From Shigella phage ESh26, in sequence record ON528736: 64,000 bases of DNA; one strand, 5' to 3'. The notes under the pieces are model-generated. The model ran no database searches and had not been told where the DNA came from. It was given only the letters and a program-made list of their open reading frames with translations. Below, piece after piece: positions 7,562 to 18,684 of the stretch (the stretch's first letter is position 1; each line of letters opens with the position of its first letter). Position numbers and translations under genes: made by a program.

Positions 7562-10258
7562 TCAGCCAAACAGGAAGTCTAACGAAGCTTTTTCCTCATA
7601 GTCCATACCTGCCGATTCACACATACCCGCAAGCGGTTTAACAAACGATTTTTGGAACAAAGTTGAGTAGTCAATCCAAGACAGTACGTCAGAACGAATT
7701 TCTTTTGGAAGTTCTGTACCCGATGGCCAAGCAATGCACTTATCACCAAATGGATTTCCTTCACGCAATGGAAGAACCATTACCTTATTTCCATCCAAAA
7801 TTGGAGCTACACCTAAACCACTAACAGCTCGACGATAAGTTAGCACACCACGAATATGGAACGGACATTTAAATCCTGGCCACCCTTTATCATCATATTT
7901 CGCTATATCGTTCGCAGTTTTTACTTCAGCAATAACTTTATAGTCAAGTTGACGATATTCTTTCTCAAAGTTCTTGTAATATTCTTGGACAGACTCTTCA
8001 CCTTCCTGAAGAATACGACGAATACTTTCTTCGAGAGCTTCTTGTACTGCTTTTGGTGTTGAACTCTGTTGAGTTTCCATACCCATAATTTTTAGATGCG
8101 GTTCGGCAAATCGCTTATCTTCCATATCATAAACGTTCAGAGCATAACGTTTTTTCGCTTTCCAAAATCCACCAACACCCTTTGAACCAAGTGGAGGGCA
8201 AGAAATAGCTTCACGGTCCATATGCATCAGATGCTCGCGGTTATTCATATAATCACATAACTCACGATATGCAACATCAATCATAGGTTCCATCTTTTTC
8301 TTACCAAACTGATTCATGAATTCAACTAAATCATTTTGTTCTTTAAAGCGATCAAGACCTACTTTTTCAATAACTTTATCTACACAGACATATACCGAAT
8401 CAGTATCACCTGCTGCGATGAAATCTTCACCATTAGTTCCACATACTTTATTCAGATATTCATTAATTTTGCGAGCAATCCACTGAATACCGACTTGACC
8501 GAAAATTGTGATAGCAGTAGCATTTCGCAAATCATAGTAACGGAAATGAATATTACCAAGAGCACCATAAAGACTGTTAATAAGAATTTTACGGTTCAGC
8601 TGATTTGTGTTAGCAAGTGTAGCTGCTTTTTCACATTCTTCGATCAGACTATTAAGAACAGATTCGGTGTAATTCGATAATTCGTTTAAGAAATCATCAC
8701 TGAACTTAACATATCGTTCAACTTCTGGTTTAGTTGAGCAAGACCCTGCACCTTTCATAATAATCTTTTTAATAGCTTCGGCATTCATTTCTTCCGCGAA
8801 CATTTTCTTTTTCCAATCTTTACGCTGGAAAAATACTTTAGCGATTTCCTTTGGAATGATACCTTCTTGGTGCTTATCATACATCCATCCATTCGGAGAG
8901 CAAGAATATTCATCACTTGGCTTAGGAGCTGTTCCTGCGATATATTCATGAATTGGATGAACTTTAAACTGCCCGCGAATAGTCTCAGGACTAATGTTAA
9001 CCTGACGAATAATGCTAGGATACAGAGACGTCAAGTCAAAACTCATAATGTATCGACGAGCAATCGGTTTAGGTTCAAATACAAATGCACCTGGAAAACT
9101 CTGTTTAACGTGCGAACCTTGTTGAGGAATAACCTTATGTTCACCTTTCAGTGAGTTAAAAATAATAGCATCCCAAGTTTTAATAGGACTCATTACACCA
9201 GAAAAAGGCATTTTAGCGTAATAAGACATACTTAAAACTAGATCGATAAACCCACGAATTTTATCAATTGCTTGAACTGATTCTACGTCAATGATGTTAT
9301 AACTAATGTATCGTTGATGATTAGTCTCACGAAGTTTATTAATAGGACCATCGTACGGCAATTTACCTTTTTTGGTTTCATGTTGAGCAACTGATTCCAA
9401 AGAGAACGATGGCAAATTAGTAAATGCGAACTTCTTGTATAAATCTAAATAATCAAGAATAGATACGCCATCAATAGAATAAATTTCTTTGCTACCGTAC
9501 ATATTTTGAATTAGTTTAGATTTTACTCGACCGATTGGAGAGAAGCGTTTCATACTGCGTTCACCGAGAACCATTTTAACACGGTTCATGATATACGGAA
9601 CGTCAAATCCCTCAATATTCCAACCAGTAAAAATAGCAGGTCGTTTCTGTTCCCAGAGATTAATATATTCCATGAGCATATCACGCTCATTATCGAATGG
9701 CATATAAATTACTCGGTCAAGAATTTCTTGAGGAACTTCATCACCACCTTCACAGTCAAGCTTAGCAGCTAACTTTGCATCCCATTTTGATACTGAACCG
9801 TACATTGAATTCAACAAATCAAAGACGTAAAAACGATCGTCAATTGAATCATAATGAGTGATAGCATCAATTTCATATTCTGCTTTCATTGGGTCAGGAA
9901 ATTTATCACCAGTAACCTCAATGTCACAGTTAGCTACACGAACAAATTTTCGGTCATAAACAATTTCTGAACCATATGTATCACTGATATAAGCGAGTTT
10001 AAAATCGTTCATACCGAGAGCTTCGAGACCGATGTCTTCCATTCGCTTCATCCAGTCTCGTGCATCTTTCATTGATGGAAATTTTTGAGGAGCACAGTTT
10101 TTACCATAAATGTCTTTGTATTTTGACTCTTCCTTACAATGTCTAAACATAGTCGGAAGATATTCTACTTCACGAGTACGTTCCTTTCCGTTTTCATCAA
10201 TATAACGCTCAACAATATTATTTCCGACTGTTTCGATAGAGATATAAAATTCTTTCAT
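7562..10258 (-). CDS. 43: DNA polymerase gp43 (family B)
   Basis: 898 aa, exo and pol motifs, T4 length. Confidence 0.97.
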   Translation of the reverse strand: MKEFYISIETVGNNIVERYIDENGKERTREVEYLPTMFRHCKEESKYKDIYGKNCAPQKFPSMKDARDWMKRMEDIGLEALGMNDFKLAYISDTYGSEIVYDRKFVRVANCDIEVTGDKFPDPMKAEYEIDAITHYDSIDDRFYVFDLLNSMYGSVSKWDAKLAAKLDCEGGDEVPQEILDRVIYMPFDNERDMLMEYINLWEQKRPAIFTGWNIEGFDVPYIMNRVKMVLGERSMKRFSPIGRVKSKLIQNMYGSKEIYSIDGVSILDYLDLYKKFAFTNLPSFSLESVAQHETKKGKLPYDGPINKLRETNHQRYISYNIIDVESVQAIDKIRGFIDLVLSMSYYAKMPFSGVMSPIKTWDAIIFNSLKGEHKVIPQQGSHVKQSFPGAFVFEPKPIARRYIMSFDLTSLYPSIIRQVNISPETIRGQFKVHPIHEYIAGTAPKPSDEYSCSPNGWMYDKHQEGIIPKEIAKVFFQRKDWKKKMFAEEMNAEAIKKIIMKGAGSCSTKPEVERYVKFSDDFLNELSNYTESVLNSLIEECEKAATLANTNQLNRKILINSLYGALGNIHFRYYDLRNATAITIFGQVGIQWIARKINEYLNKVCGTNGEDFIAAGDTDSVYVCVDKVIEKVGLDRFKEQNDLVEFMNQFGKKKMEPMIDVAYRELCDYMNNREHLMHMDREAISCPPLGSKGVGGFWKAKKRYALNVYDMEDKRFAEPHLKIMGMETQQSSTPKAVQEALEESIRRILQEGEESVQEYYKNFEKEYRQLDYKVIAEVKTANDIAKYDDKGWPGFKCPFHIRGVLTYRRAVSGLGVAPILDGNKVMVLPLREGNPFGDKCIAWPSGTELPKEIRSDVLSWIDYSTLFQKSFVKPLAGMCESAGMDYEEKASLDFLFG

Positions 10259-10298
10259 AGATATTCCTTAGTTTATAGCCCGAGTTATTAGGCTCTTA
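10259..10298 (-). promoter_or_regulatory. gene 43 translational operator (autoregulatory hairpin plus SD)
   Basis: minus strand GAGCCUAAUAACUCGGGCUAUAAACUAAGGAAUAUCUAUG matches recalled T4 gp43 operator. Confidence 0.6.
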
Positions 10299-10316
10299 AT
10301 ATATTATACTCCAAAT

Positions 10317-10334
10317 AAGGGGCCGAAGCCCCTT
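10317..10334 (-). other. intergenic UUCG-tetraloop hairpin (RNA stability or attenuation element)
   Basis: GGGGC-UUCG-GCCCC on minus strand, weak U tail. Confidence 0.5.
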
Positions 10335-10338
10335 TGCT

Positions 10339-10575
10339 TTAAATTTCTATTGTACGACGCGATATAACGGACTTGCCATCTTTATTTGTGGTTTTGATAA
10401 TCGCATGAAATGCGAGCTGGTGCGGGTAAACTAATCGTTGGAATTCTTTTTGGAATTCTATTTGTTTATCTTCCGGGAGGTCAAAAACCAGTTGGGTAGA
10501 AGACAGACCATATGTTTGTTTTAGATTTTCGAATATTAGAAAAGCTTCGGTAAACTGAATCTCTGATTGTGTCAT
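10339..10575 (-). CDS. hypothetical protein between regA and gene 43
   Basis: 78 aa from ATG 10573-10575 with AAGG SD. Confidence 0.4.
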   Translation of the reverse strand: MTQSEIQFTEAFLIFENLKQTYGLSSTQLVFDLPEDKQIEFQKEFQRLVYPHQLAFHAIIKTTNKDGKSVISRRTIEI

Positions 10576-10585
10576 ATAATTTGCC

Positions 10586-10954
10586 TTAATTACCAATCGT
10601 ATATTTAGGAACGAGTTTCCATTCGTGTTTTTGTTTAAAAGAAATAACTCGGAAGTTATTAGTTAAATCTTTCATAAAAGTTCTTTGACCAGGAACGATT
10701 TCAATCAGTCCCCAATCTTCTAACAGCCACGCAATCGAATCACGACGAACTTCATCTTCTTCTGTCATTTCAACCTGACGGCCATCCATACGAAGCATTT
10801 CTTTAAAATGAACGATATAGTATAGTCCTTTTTTCTGAAGAATATGACAGGACTGATACAGAACTTTATCTTTATTATTAGCAATTCCCATACGAGTCAA
10901 GGTTTCTTTTACTTTCAGAAAATCTTCAGGTTTTTTAAGAGTAATTTCAATCAT
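10586..10954 (-). CDS. regA: RegA translational repressor
   Basis: 122 aa MIEITLKKPEDFLKVKETLTRMGIANNKDKV..., matches recalled T4 RegA. Confidence 0.9.
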   Translation of the reverse strand: MIEITLKKPEDFLKVKETLTRMGIANNKDKVLYQSCHILQKKGLYYIVHFKEMLRMDGRQVEMTEEDEVRRDSIAWLLEDWGLIEIVPGQRTFMKDLTNNFRVISFKQKHEWKLVPKYTIGN

Positions 10955-10955
10955 T

Positions 10956-11519
10956 TTACCATTCCAATGCTAGTTTTTTGAGTTGTTTCTGTTCTTTTAC
11001 ATTCTTAGTCACTTCTTTCAAAAAATCATCCGTGACTAAACCTTTTAGTTCTTTTAATACTAAAGGAAGTTTTCCATTTTTAGTAAGAATTGATTTATAG
11101 TTAATTGCATCATTTGTATTAACTTGATACCGCTTAGCAAGTAACTTAATAATCAATACTTCGGTAGAATCTTCGACCAGTTTTGCCCATTTACCATATC
11201 TTTTACCACGAGGAACAGCAGCCATCAGATAATTAAAATGGGCTTCATCACTTAAACCTGATCCAATTAAATTCATCGCATATACAGCTGGCATGCATTC
11301 AGGAAATTGTGATAATGCATTCTCAACCATGTATTTTGAATAATCTTTTTGAGCAATAGAGCATTTAGTTTTATTATTAATAGCTCCAATTATTTCAAAA
11401 AATTCATTTTCAGCTTTTTCCTTAAAAGAATCAGCAGCAGATTGGACAGCTGTCCAATCTTTTGAATACCAAGCAACTTGATGCTCGTTTAATTGAATAT
11501 CATCTTCAAATAAGCTCAT
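10956..11519 (-). CDS. 62: clamp loader small subunit gp62
   Basis: 187 aa, between 44 and regA. Confidence 0.85.
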   Translation of the reverse strand: MSLFEDDIQLNEHQVAWYSKDWTAVQSAADSFKEKAENEFFEIIGAINNKTKCSIAQKDYSKYMVENALSQFPECMPAVYAMNLIGSGLSDEAHFNYLMAAVPRGKRYGKWAKLVEDSTEVLIIKLLAKRYQVNTNDAINYKSILTKNGKLPLVLKELKGLVTDDFLKEVTKNVKEQKQLKKLALEW

Positions 11520-11520
11520 A

Positions 11521-12495
11521 TCACTTCCACTGCATTTCGCATGCTAATTGAATGAAAAGATATGCTAAATGTAATTCCGTATTAGCCGCAATTCCATGAT
11601 ATTGGTTATTTTCACCAACAATTTCATACATACGAATAATACTTTGCGGAGTTACGCGTGTATAAATTTCTTCGGCAAGTTTACCTACGAACCACGAATA
11701 ATCAGCTGCATATTTTGGCGCTAAAGCTCTGAGCTGTTTAACATCTTTATTTTTGAGAGATTCAAGAACATCATCAATAGCACCACGATCGTTAGTAACC
11801 AGTGATAAAATACCAGCATCCAAAACACCTTTAGATGAATAACTATCGAGCTCACCAATAGTTTTACGAAAATCAGGAAAATTCTTTTTAACCAAAGCTG
11901 CTACAACTTTCATATCAGCTATAGCAATTCCTTCATGCTTGCAGATTTCAGTCAATCGACGAATCATCTGCTTCATCATTTCAATTTTATCTTCATCGGT
12001 CGGCTGACCGAACGTAATAACTCGGCAGCGTGACTGAAGCGGTTTAATAATACCATCAATATTGTTAGCAGTAATAATAATACTACAGTTTGAACTATAA
12101 GCTTCCATAAAGGAACGAAGATGTCGCTGAGACTCTGCTAACCCTGAACGGTCAAATTCATCAATAATGATTACTTTTTGACGACCATCAAATGAAGCTG
12201 CACTAGCAAAATTAGTCAAAGGACCACGAACGAAATCAATTTTACAATCTGACCCATTCACAAACATCATATCAGCATTTACATCATGACACAATGCTTT
12301 TGCTACAGTTGTTTTACCTGTTCCTGGAGAAGGAGAATGAAGAATAATATGTGGAATCTTACCTTTACTTGTAATAGATTTAAAGGTTTCTTTATCAAAG
12401 GCGGGAAGAATACATTCATCGATAGTAGATGGACGATATTTCTGTTCAAGAATGTGTTCTTTTTCATTTACAGTAATCATAATTTCCTCATTCAA
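11521..12495 (-). CDS. 44: clamp loader ATPase gp44
   Basis: 324 aa, Walker [14 protein letters not shown]+. Confidence 0.9.
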   Translation of the reverse strand: MNEEIMITVNEKEHILEQKYRPSTIDECILPAFDKETFKSITSKGKIPHIILHSPSPGTGKTTVAKALCHDVNADMMFVNGSDCKIDFVRGPLTNFASAASFDGRQKVIIIDEFDRSGLAESQRHLRSFMEAYSSNCSIIITANNIDGIIKPLQSRCRVITFGQPTDEDKIEMMKQMIRRLTEICKHEGIAIADMKVVAALVKKNFPDFRKTIGELDSYSSKGVLDAGILSLVTNDRGAIDDVLESLKNKDVKQLRALAPKYAADYSWFVGKLAEEIYTRVTPQSIIRMYEIVGENNQYHGIAANTELHLAYLFIQLACEMQWK

Positions 12496-12512
12496 GTTTT
12501 AGTGTAAATTAT

Positions 12513-12530
12513 AAAGGGCCGAAGCCCTTT
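12513..12530 (-). other. intergenic UUCG-tetraloop hairpin between 45 and 44
   Basis: AAAGGGC-UUCG-GCCCUUU. Confidence 0.5.
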
Positions 12531-12531
12531 A

Positions 12532-13218
12532 TTAAAAATCGTGGGTAGAATCAGCTTCAAGAGCTACTACATAATTCGCGTGTTCACCTTCAAATTTAGC
12601 AGCACCTTGTTTACCTTTTGCCCAGAGCAGAAGTTTATAATTTCCTGGTTGCATTTTCATATTTGCCATATTGATAATGAAATTAAATGTATTTTCACCA
12701 TCATAATCACCAAGAGTCAAAGAATATTTAACGCGAGTCAAAGCAGAATCTTCTACTTTGTTAAAACCGTTAATTACAATTTTACCTTCTTTTACTGTGA
12801 TAGCAATTGTATCAATCTGCAGACCACGAGATACACGCAACAGCTGTTGAAGGTCTTCAGCTTTAATTTCGGTAACAACAGATGCTACCGGGAATGGAAT
12901 TGGTTTATTAGGAGCAACTACTGTACTCGGATCGGCTGCTGGCCAAAAAATTGTTGAACGAGCATCAGCAATTTTAATATTTCCATCTTCTGACTGGGAA
13001 ATTTCTGCATCGTCATTAACTAAAGACAGAATACCGAGAAAACCGTTCAAATCGTAAATTGCTACATCAAAATCAATAGTGTCAGAAATATTTGCTTCCG
13101 CATAAGTTGTACCATTAACTGCGCGAGTCATAATAAATTGACCAGATTTAAGCATAATACCAGAGTTAATAGTAGCGAAATTTTTGAGCAGAGCAGTAGT
13201 ATCTTTAGACAGTTTCAT
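12532..13218 (-). CDS. 45: sliding clamp gp45
   Basis: 228 aa, T4 length and synteny. Confidence 0.9.
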   Translation of the reverse strand: MKLSKDTTALLKNFATINSGIMLKSGQFIMTRAVNGTTYAEANISDTIDFDVAIYDLNGFLGILSLVNDDAEISQSEDGNIKIADARSTIFWPAADPSTVVAPNKPIPFPVASVVTEIKAEDLQQLLRVSRGLQIDTIAITVKEGKIVINGFNKVEDSALTRVKYSLTLGDYDGENTFNFIINMANMKMQPGNYKLLLWAKGKQGAAKFEGEHANYVVALEADSTHDF

Positions 13219-13273
13219 GTAATTTCCTTCAATTCAAATGAGATTTAATTTTATAACTAATTTAATCAAGCAA

Positions 13274-13663
13274 TTAACGATTAAAATCGGCAGCAATTGT
13301 TTCTGCAACAATTTGAGCAGCAACAATTAGACGTTCATCTGCATTACCACAATAATCATCTTCAAGACGTTCACCACATGAAGTCATAATAAATTTAGCA
13401 CCAGCATTTAAAGATTCTGTCGTATGTTTGCGCATTAGTTCAATCCATTTATTACTTACTTCACGATCGATAGCTTCATAATACGCATGACGAGCAGGTG
13501 CAGATTTAATTTTGCTCTGAATAACTTCCATCGCGTTATCAGAAAGAGACAAAACCCATGCTCGACGAATTTTATTTTGGTTTTGTGGATTTGAATCAGA
13601 ACGCACGTGTTTTGGCTGAATATCTTTTACATCAACAGTATAATTCACAGTAATTTTAGTCAT
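13274..13663 (-). CDS. rpbA: RNA polymerase binding protein RpbA
   Basis: 129 aa, position between 45 and 46. Confidence 0.75.
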   Translation of the reverse strand: MTKITVNYTVDVKDIQPKHVRSDSNPQNQNKIRRAWVLSLSDNAMEVIQSKIKSAPARHAYYEAIDREVSNKWIELMRKHTTESLNAGAKFIMTSCGERLEDDYCGNADERLIVAAQIVAETIAADFNR

Positions 13664-13672
13664 AATACACCT

Positions 13673-13861
13673 TTAGTCATAATAATCAGTAACAGTCCAA
13701 GCTTCATTCCTGTTGGACATTATTTTCGTATATTCTGATTTAAATGCATTCTTAAGCATAGATTCAGTAACTATATGCTCTTCATTAGAAAAATTATTTC
13801 TCAGAATATATCGTTTTATTTCAGGAATAGTTAATAGATGCTGTCCAGTTGAATATTCCAT
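13673..13861 (-). CDS. hypothetical protein (45.2 position)
   Basis: 62 aa ORF. Confidence 0.45.
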   Translation of the reverse strand: MEYSTGQHLLTIPEIKRYILRNNFSNEEHIVTESMLKNAFKSEYTKIMSNRNEAWTVTDYYD

Positions 13862-13916
13862 GTTTTTCCTCCATAGAGATTATACTCTAATAAATTAAAG
13901 CATAATCTCTTATAAA

Positions 13917-15599
13917 TTAAACCATTACAGTAAATCGACCAACTTTCTTCATTTGAAGATGCTGACCATATGCTTGCGGGTCATGGTCTCTATGTGAAAT
14001 AACAAAAACATTAGTATTTTTTAAACTATCTAAAATAGTTGAAATAGCTTTTACACCTTCAACATCGGTTGCTGAATCAAAAACTTCATCAAGAATTAAT
14101 GTGTTTATTTTAACACCTGAAACTTTTTCAGCAATATCACGCCAAGTAAATAAAAGAGCAATATCAATTCGTGCTTTTTCACCTTGACTAAATGAAGCAT
14201 AACTAAAATCTTCACGACCGCGGGATTTAATTGTCTCATTAAATTCTTCATCTAATGTAAACACATAATCCGCTTCCATTATTTTAAGATAATGGTTAAT
14301 CTGCTTATTAAATAATGGAATGTACTTTTTAATAATAGCACCTTTAATACCAGAATCTTTTAGCATATCAGTCAAAATTCCTCGGTGGTATTTTTCCATT
14401 ACTAAATTAGTTTTTGTCTTAACAATTTTATCAAGTTCTTCTTGAAGCAGTGCTATTTCATCAGCATGGTCAATAAACTCGGATGATGCTTTTTCTATAG
14501 CTGCTTTAACTTTTTTAGCTTTATCTACCGTCGTGATTAGAGATTGCTTTTTATTGCGAATATCATTCGCCAACGTCTGCTGGGTTTTAATATTATCTCG
14601 GTATTCATCAACGAGAACTTTTAAATTATCACGATGTGTTGAAAGCTGTTCAAACGAATGTGTGCATTCAGAAACTTTATCTTTAATTTTAGAAACAACT
14701 TTATCACCGGAACTTAATTGTGACAAACAAGTTGGACATAATCCACCTTCGTGATACATATTAATGACTTTATTATACGAGTCAATTTTTGATTTAATTA
14801 AAAATGCTTCTTGACCGATTTTATTAAATGCATCAGTTGGATCTTCATCCAAAACAATATTAACTAATCTTTCATTAGCTTCTTCTATTTCCGATTTTAA
14901 CGTTCTAGCTTCTTTTGCCAAATCATCATACATATTCTGTAGACGAGTAAGGTTATCACCAGTTAATTTTTTCTGGCGTTCAACGTTATCATTATATATT
15001 TTAATTTGTTGGATAATACTATCTTTTTTAACATCAAGCACTTGGTTTTGTGAATTTAATTCACGTATTAGTGCTTTATTGAGCTTATCCATTTCAGCTA
15101 ATGTTCCTACCTCGAGTAGGTCTTCGACGAGTTTTCTTCTTGCAGGAGTGGATAGGCCCATAAAAGGGGTATATCCAGCCGTGCCGAGTACGACGATCTG
15201 TTTGAAACTGGCGTATGACATTCCGATAAGCTGTTCAAATTCTGCTTGGAAATCTTTACTGCTGGCAGATTCATTAAGACGTGTACCGTTAACGGTGATT
15301 TCGAAAACGTTTGGTTTTTGTCCTCTTTTGATATAGTACTTTTTCTCATCATATTCCATCCACAGTTCAACTAAAAGTTCTTTCTTATTCGTGCTGTTTA
15401 TTAATTGACCTTTCTTTACATCACGAAATGGCTTGCCAAAAAGCCCAAATGTAATGGCTTCTAACATAGTAGACTTACCACCGCCATTTCGCCCAGTAAT
15501 AAGAGTTTTTTGAACCTTATCTAGTTGAATGTCAATAGGATTTCCACCTACTGACATTATATTTTGATACCTAACTCGGTTTAGTTTAAAATTCTTCAC
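13917..15599 (-). CDS. 46: recombination nuclease subunit gp46 (Rad50/SbcC-like)
   Basis: 560 aa, Walker A GRNGGGKST, coiled-coil middle, signature/Walker B at C-terminus. Confidence 0.9.
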   Translation of the reverse strand: MKNFKLNRVRYQNIMSVGGNPIDIQLDKVQKTLITGRNGGGKSTMLEAITFGLFGKPFRDVKKGQLINSTNKKELLVELWMEYDEKKYYIKRGQKPNVFEITVNGTRLNESASSKDFQAEFEQLIGMSYASFKQIVVLGTAGYTPFMGLSTPARRKLVEDLLEVGTLAEMDKLNKALIRELNSQNQVLDVKKDSIIQQIKIYNDNVERQKKLTGDNLTRLQNMYDDLAKEARTLKSEIEEANERLVNIVLDEDPTDAFNKIGQEAFLIKSKIDSYNKVINMYHEGGLCPTCLSQLSSGDKVVSKIKDKVSECTHSFEQLSTHRDNLKVLVDEYRDNIKTQQTLANDIRNKKQSLITTVDKAKKVKAAIEKASSEFIDHADEIALLQEELDKIVKTKTNLVMEKYHRGILTDMLKDSGIKGAIIKKYIPLFNKQINHYLKIMEADYVFTLDEEFNETIKSRGREDFSYASFSQGEKARIDIALLFTWRDIAEKVSGVKINTLILDEVFDSATDVEGVKAISTILDSLKNTNVFVISHRDHDPQAYGQHLQMKKVGRFTVMV

Positions 15600-15859
15600 A
15601 AAAGATTCCTTTTAATGTATCTTTTAGACCATTCTATCATATCATCATAATCTAAAAAGTATTCATCAAATTCAGCCATGCAAACAACACCTTGTGCTGC
15701 TTTTGATGTGATATAAATTATTCCAACATATCTAGAATCTTCTTCGGTGTAATCAATATTTGCTACGAATTCATCGTTAATGTCAAATGTCGAAAACTTC
15801 ACAGTATGCATCCTTAATACAAGATACAGCCATATCTTGTAATGATTTAGGTGTGTCAT
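15596..15859 (-). CDS. hypothetical protein (46.1 position)
   Basis: 87 aa ORF. Confidence 0.45.
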   Translation of the reverse strand: MTHLNHYKIWLYLVLRMHTVKFSTFDINDEFVANIDYTEEDSRYVGIIYITSKAAQGVVCMAEFDEYFLDYDDMIEWSKRYIKRNLL

Positions 15860-16046
15860 TATCTAAAATGTTGAAGTTAAAAGATACAGCCCAGTCAGTG
15901 CAGACCGTAACCTTTTTAATACAATTATCTTCAACCTCTAGCGGTTCAAACCAATATTCAATAATTTCTTTATGCCCAATATCATCTTTTACTTCGCATT
16001 CAAAATGCTGACTCATCATAACATTTTTAAATTCATCAAAAGTCAT
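15783..16046 (-). CDS. hypothetical protein (46.2 position)
   Basis: 87 aa ORF. Confidence 0.45.
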   Translation of the reverse strand: MTFDEFKNVMMSQHFECEVKDDIGHKEIIEYWFEPLEVEDNCIKKVTVCTDWAVSFNFNILDNDTPKSLQDMAVSCIKDAYCEVFDI

Positions 16047-17062
16047 TGTGTTGCCTCTACATATAACTGATTTGCATATTGAATAAGTGCTTCGCGGTCA
16101 GAATCAGTGATGTCTGGAATTGCATTAATGTATTCTTCCATCAACGTCTGAAGAGATTGAACTTCAACTTCTTCACTATCATCTGACTCGACTGAGTTAT
16201 CAATCTTTGACACAACTCGTAATGAATGCACAACTTTTTCTAGTTCAGATTCGAACTTCGTTAAATTTTTGTCTACTTCAGTTACTATAACACGCACTGA
16301 TAGATTTGTAAAATCTTTATAGTCAATTTTTCCCTTAAATGGATATTGAATTCGACGATGCCAGGTGGTGTTGTTTGGAATAAATTCCATTCGTTCTGTT
16401 TCTGTATCAAACATCCAGAACCCACGAGGGTCATTCTCGTCACCTGCAGTTAGTGTCCATGGTGTCCCAATATATCTGACGTTAGCAGCCTCAGAGATAG
16501 TATGGAAGTGACCAGACCACACCTCTTTATAAGTCTTAAGGAAATCAGGTTCAAGACCGTGAGATTTCATTCCTTTATAAAAATAAAATCCATTCAGTTC
16601 CCAGTGACCAACACAAAAAGAAGCAGATGAAGTTTTGATGTGTTCAAGAATTTCACCAGTATTTTCTTCGCACATCCAAGGAATTAAATCAATCAAACAC
16701 CCGTCAAAATCTACTGTAGTAGGCTTATCATATACTTTAACATTAGGATATTTAGCCAAAAGCTCAGTAGAAGCATTTGGAGTTAAAGTATTTTTAAAGT
16801 GCATATCATGGTTTCCTACGACAGTATGTAGGGTAATACCAGCATCATCAAGCATTTGAACTATTTCACGAGCGAACTCCATAGTTTTATGTGTGATTGC
16901 TTTTCGCACATCAAAAATATCGCCGTATTGAATCCATGTAGTAATTCCGTTTTTCTTAGAATATTCTATTGCTTGTTTAATTCCATCCAACTGAATGGAT
17001 TGAACCCACTCATCATCGGCTTTAACACCTAAATGCCAATCACCTAAATTTAAAATTTTCAT
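16043..17062 (-). CDS. 47: recombination nuclease subunit gp47 (Mre11/SbcD-like)
   Basis: 339 aa, phosphoesterase motifs GDWHLG, GNHD. Confidence 0.9.
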   Translation of the reverse strand: MKILNLGDWHLGVKADDEWVQSIQLDGIKQAIEYSKKNGITTWIQYGDIFDVRKAITHKTMEFAREIVQMLDDAGITLHTVVGNHDMHFKNTLTPNASTELLAKYPNVKVYDKPTTVDFDGCLIDLIPWMCEENTGEILEHIKTSSASFCVGHWELNGFYFYKGMKSHGLEPDFLKTYKEVWSGHFHTISEAANVRYIGTPWTLTAGDENDPRGFWMFDTETERMEFIPNNTTWHRRIQYPFKGKIDYKDFTNLSVRVIVTEVDKNLTKFESELEKVVHSLRVVSKIDNSVESDDSEEVEVQSLQTLMEEYINAIPDITDSDREALIQYANQLYVEATQ

Positions 17063-17222
17063 ATATCAAGAACCGTCATTGAAATGCAAAATAAAATTAT
17101 TGAAATAAATCCATCTGGAGTGCTAAAGAACCCAATCCAACATGCTCTAGTGAATAGATAAAACGCGAGAAAAAGTATCACATATCCAAGAAATATCATT
17201 ATATCAAACTCCGTATAAAGCT

Positions 17223-17240
17223 AAAGGGCCGAAGCCCTTT
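17223..17240 (-). other. UUCG-tetraloop hairpin downstream of a-gt
   Basis: AAAGGGC-UUCG-GCCCUUU overlapping a-gt stop. Confidence 0.5.
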
Positions 17241-18441
17241 ATTTTGTAATAATGTCAAACTGTTCTTTAAAGCAGAAGCTTGAATCTTGATGCTGATACA
17301 AAAATTCATAAGCTTTTTCGCGTTCACGGTCATAAAGAGCTCGGTCAGATGACAGTTCTTTAATACGCTCAAATGTTGATTCCATGTCATTTTCATCAAA
17401 CCAAACGATACCGCTATCATGAGAAATTAACGGAGTATTATCAACACGGAATTTTAAATTTTCGCCAGTAGATTTCCAAAATACCGGAATTGTTCCGCAC
17501 GCACCAAGCTCGAGATGAGTATATTCTAAAGAACGTTGTAGATATTTTTTGTCCAACTTACTCAACTGATAACCAAATCCGGATTTACTCATGCGTTCAA
17601 GCATTTCGCTATTTACATAACGGTCGAGAATTTGCGTTGGCAAATTAGGAGCAATTTTAATTTGGTCTACTTGATGAAGACGATAATACTCGTATGGAAT
17701 TCCTTTTTCTTTAATAGGAATGAACGCTGGAGAACGTTCCAGACCTTCCATAATAGTACTTAGTCCAGCAGGTTTAAGATGTTTTTCGTGAAAATCAAAC
17801 ATCTGATAAAAGCCTTTCCATGTAGTCGTACGACCAATCCAACGGTTGACATTCATGTTAATTTCAGAAACATCTTTCCAGTATGTTGATCGAACTTTCG
17901 CAATATCCATAGGAGGCTGAAAGTTGTATACGGTCGGTGCTTCTTCAATATCATCAAACAGAGAAACTGTTTCTGGATACCATTCTTTCATCAGAACTTT
18001 ATTAAAATCACCATTATCAGAATGACTAAAAATAACATCAGCTCGGCGAACAGTTTCTTCTAATCCCAAATTTCGACGCAAAGAAAGAGAAGAATGGTCA
18101 TGTTGATAAACTACAACACGAACCGAAGGTTTAATGTTATCAATAATTTTTTTATAGTTATTAATAGTGTCTTCTTCGACTGAAGTAGCAGGAACTGAAT
18201 TGATAATTAGAATATCACAATCATTTACCAGCTTAAGTGTTTTATCGTATTCTTTTGCCAATAAAACCGGAATTGAAAATGATTTATAATCATGCGCGCA
18301 ATTACGTGTAAATGATTTATCTTTAGCATAAACCAAAGTTACTTCATGACCATTTTTAATAAACCAATCACGCTGCTCAAGAGAAAATTTAGTTACGCCG
18401 CAACCTTCAAGACCTCGAGCCATAAAAATGCATACTTTCAT
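17239..18441 (-). CDS. agt: DNA alpha-glucosyltransferase
   Basis: 400 aa MKVCIFMARGLEGCGVTKF..., near-identical to recalled T4 alpha-gt. Confidence 0.85.
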   Translation of the reverse strand: MKVCIFMARGLEGCGVTKFSLEQRDWFIKNGHEVTLVYAKDKSFTRNCAHDYKSFSIPVLLAKEYDKTLKLVNDCDILIINSVPATSVEEDTINNYKKIIDNIKPSVRVVVYQHDHSSLSLRRNLGLEETVRRADVIFSHSDNGDFNKVLMKEWYPETVSLFDDIEEAPTVYNFQPPMDIAKVRSTYWKDVSEINMNVNRWIGRTTTWKGFYQMFDFHEKHLKPAGLSTIMEGLERSPAFIPIKEKGIPYEYYRLHQVDQIKIAPNLPTQILDRYVNSEMLERMSKSGFGYQLSKLDKKYLQRSLEYTHLELGACGTIPVFWKSTGENLKFRVDNTPLISHDSGIVWFDENDMESTFERIKELSSDRALYDREREKAYEFLYQHQDSSFCFKEQFDIITK

Positions 18442-18492
18442 TTAATATCCTCATTGTTTTGGTTTATTTTACCAAAAATTTATAAAGCAATA

Positions 18493-18510
18493 TAGGAGCC
18501 GAAGCTCCTA
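18493..18510 (-). other. UUCG-tetraloop hairpin
   Basis: UAGGAGC-UUCG-GCUCCUA. Confidence 0.45.
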
Positions 18511-18684
18511 TCCGCATAATACACCGTACAGAGGCTCATTAGAGCTTCTAAATTTTATACGCTTATATGTTATAGTTCCTTCTGCTTTAGCTTTATCATG
18601 AGACTCTTTAAAGCGTCTCATCATTTCTACTTTAGAGGAACGAATTTTATTATAATCTATTTCAGAAGTCTGGGTGTTCATCTT

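Noticed and set aside
820-9154. Plus-strand ORFs overlapping minus-strand genes (for example 820-1113, 1921-2151, 7856-8062, 8336-8680, 8867-9154)
   Set aside because: They lie antisense within well-supported genes (sp, 41, 43), are low-complexity or hydrophobic by chance, and lack promoter or SD context.
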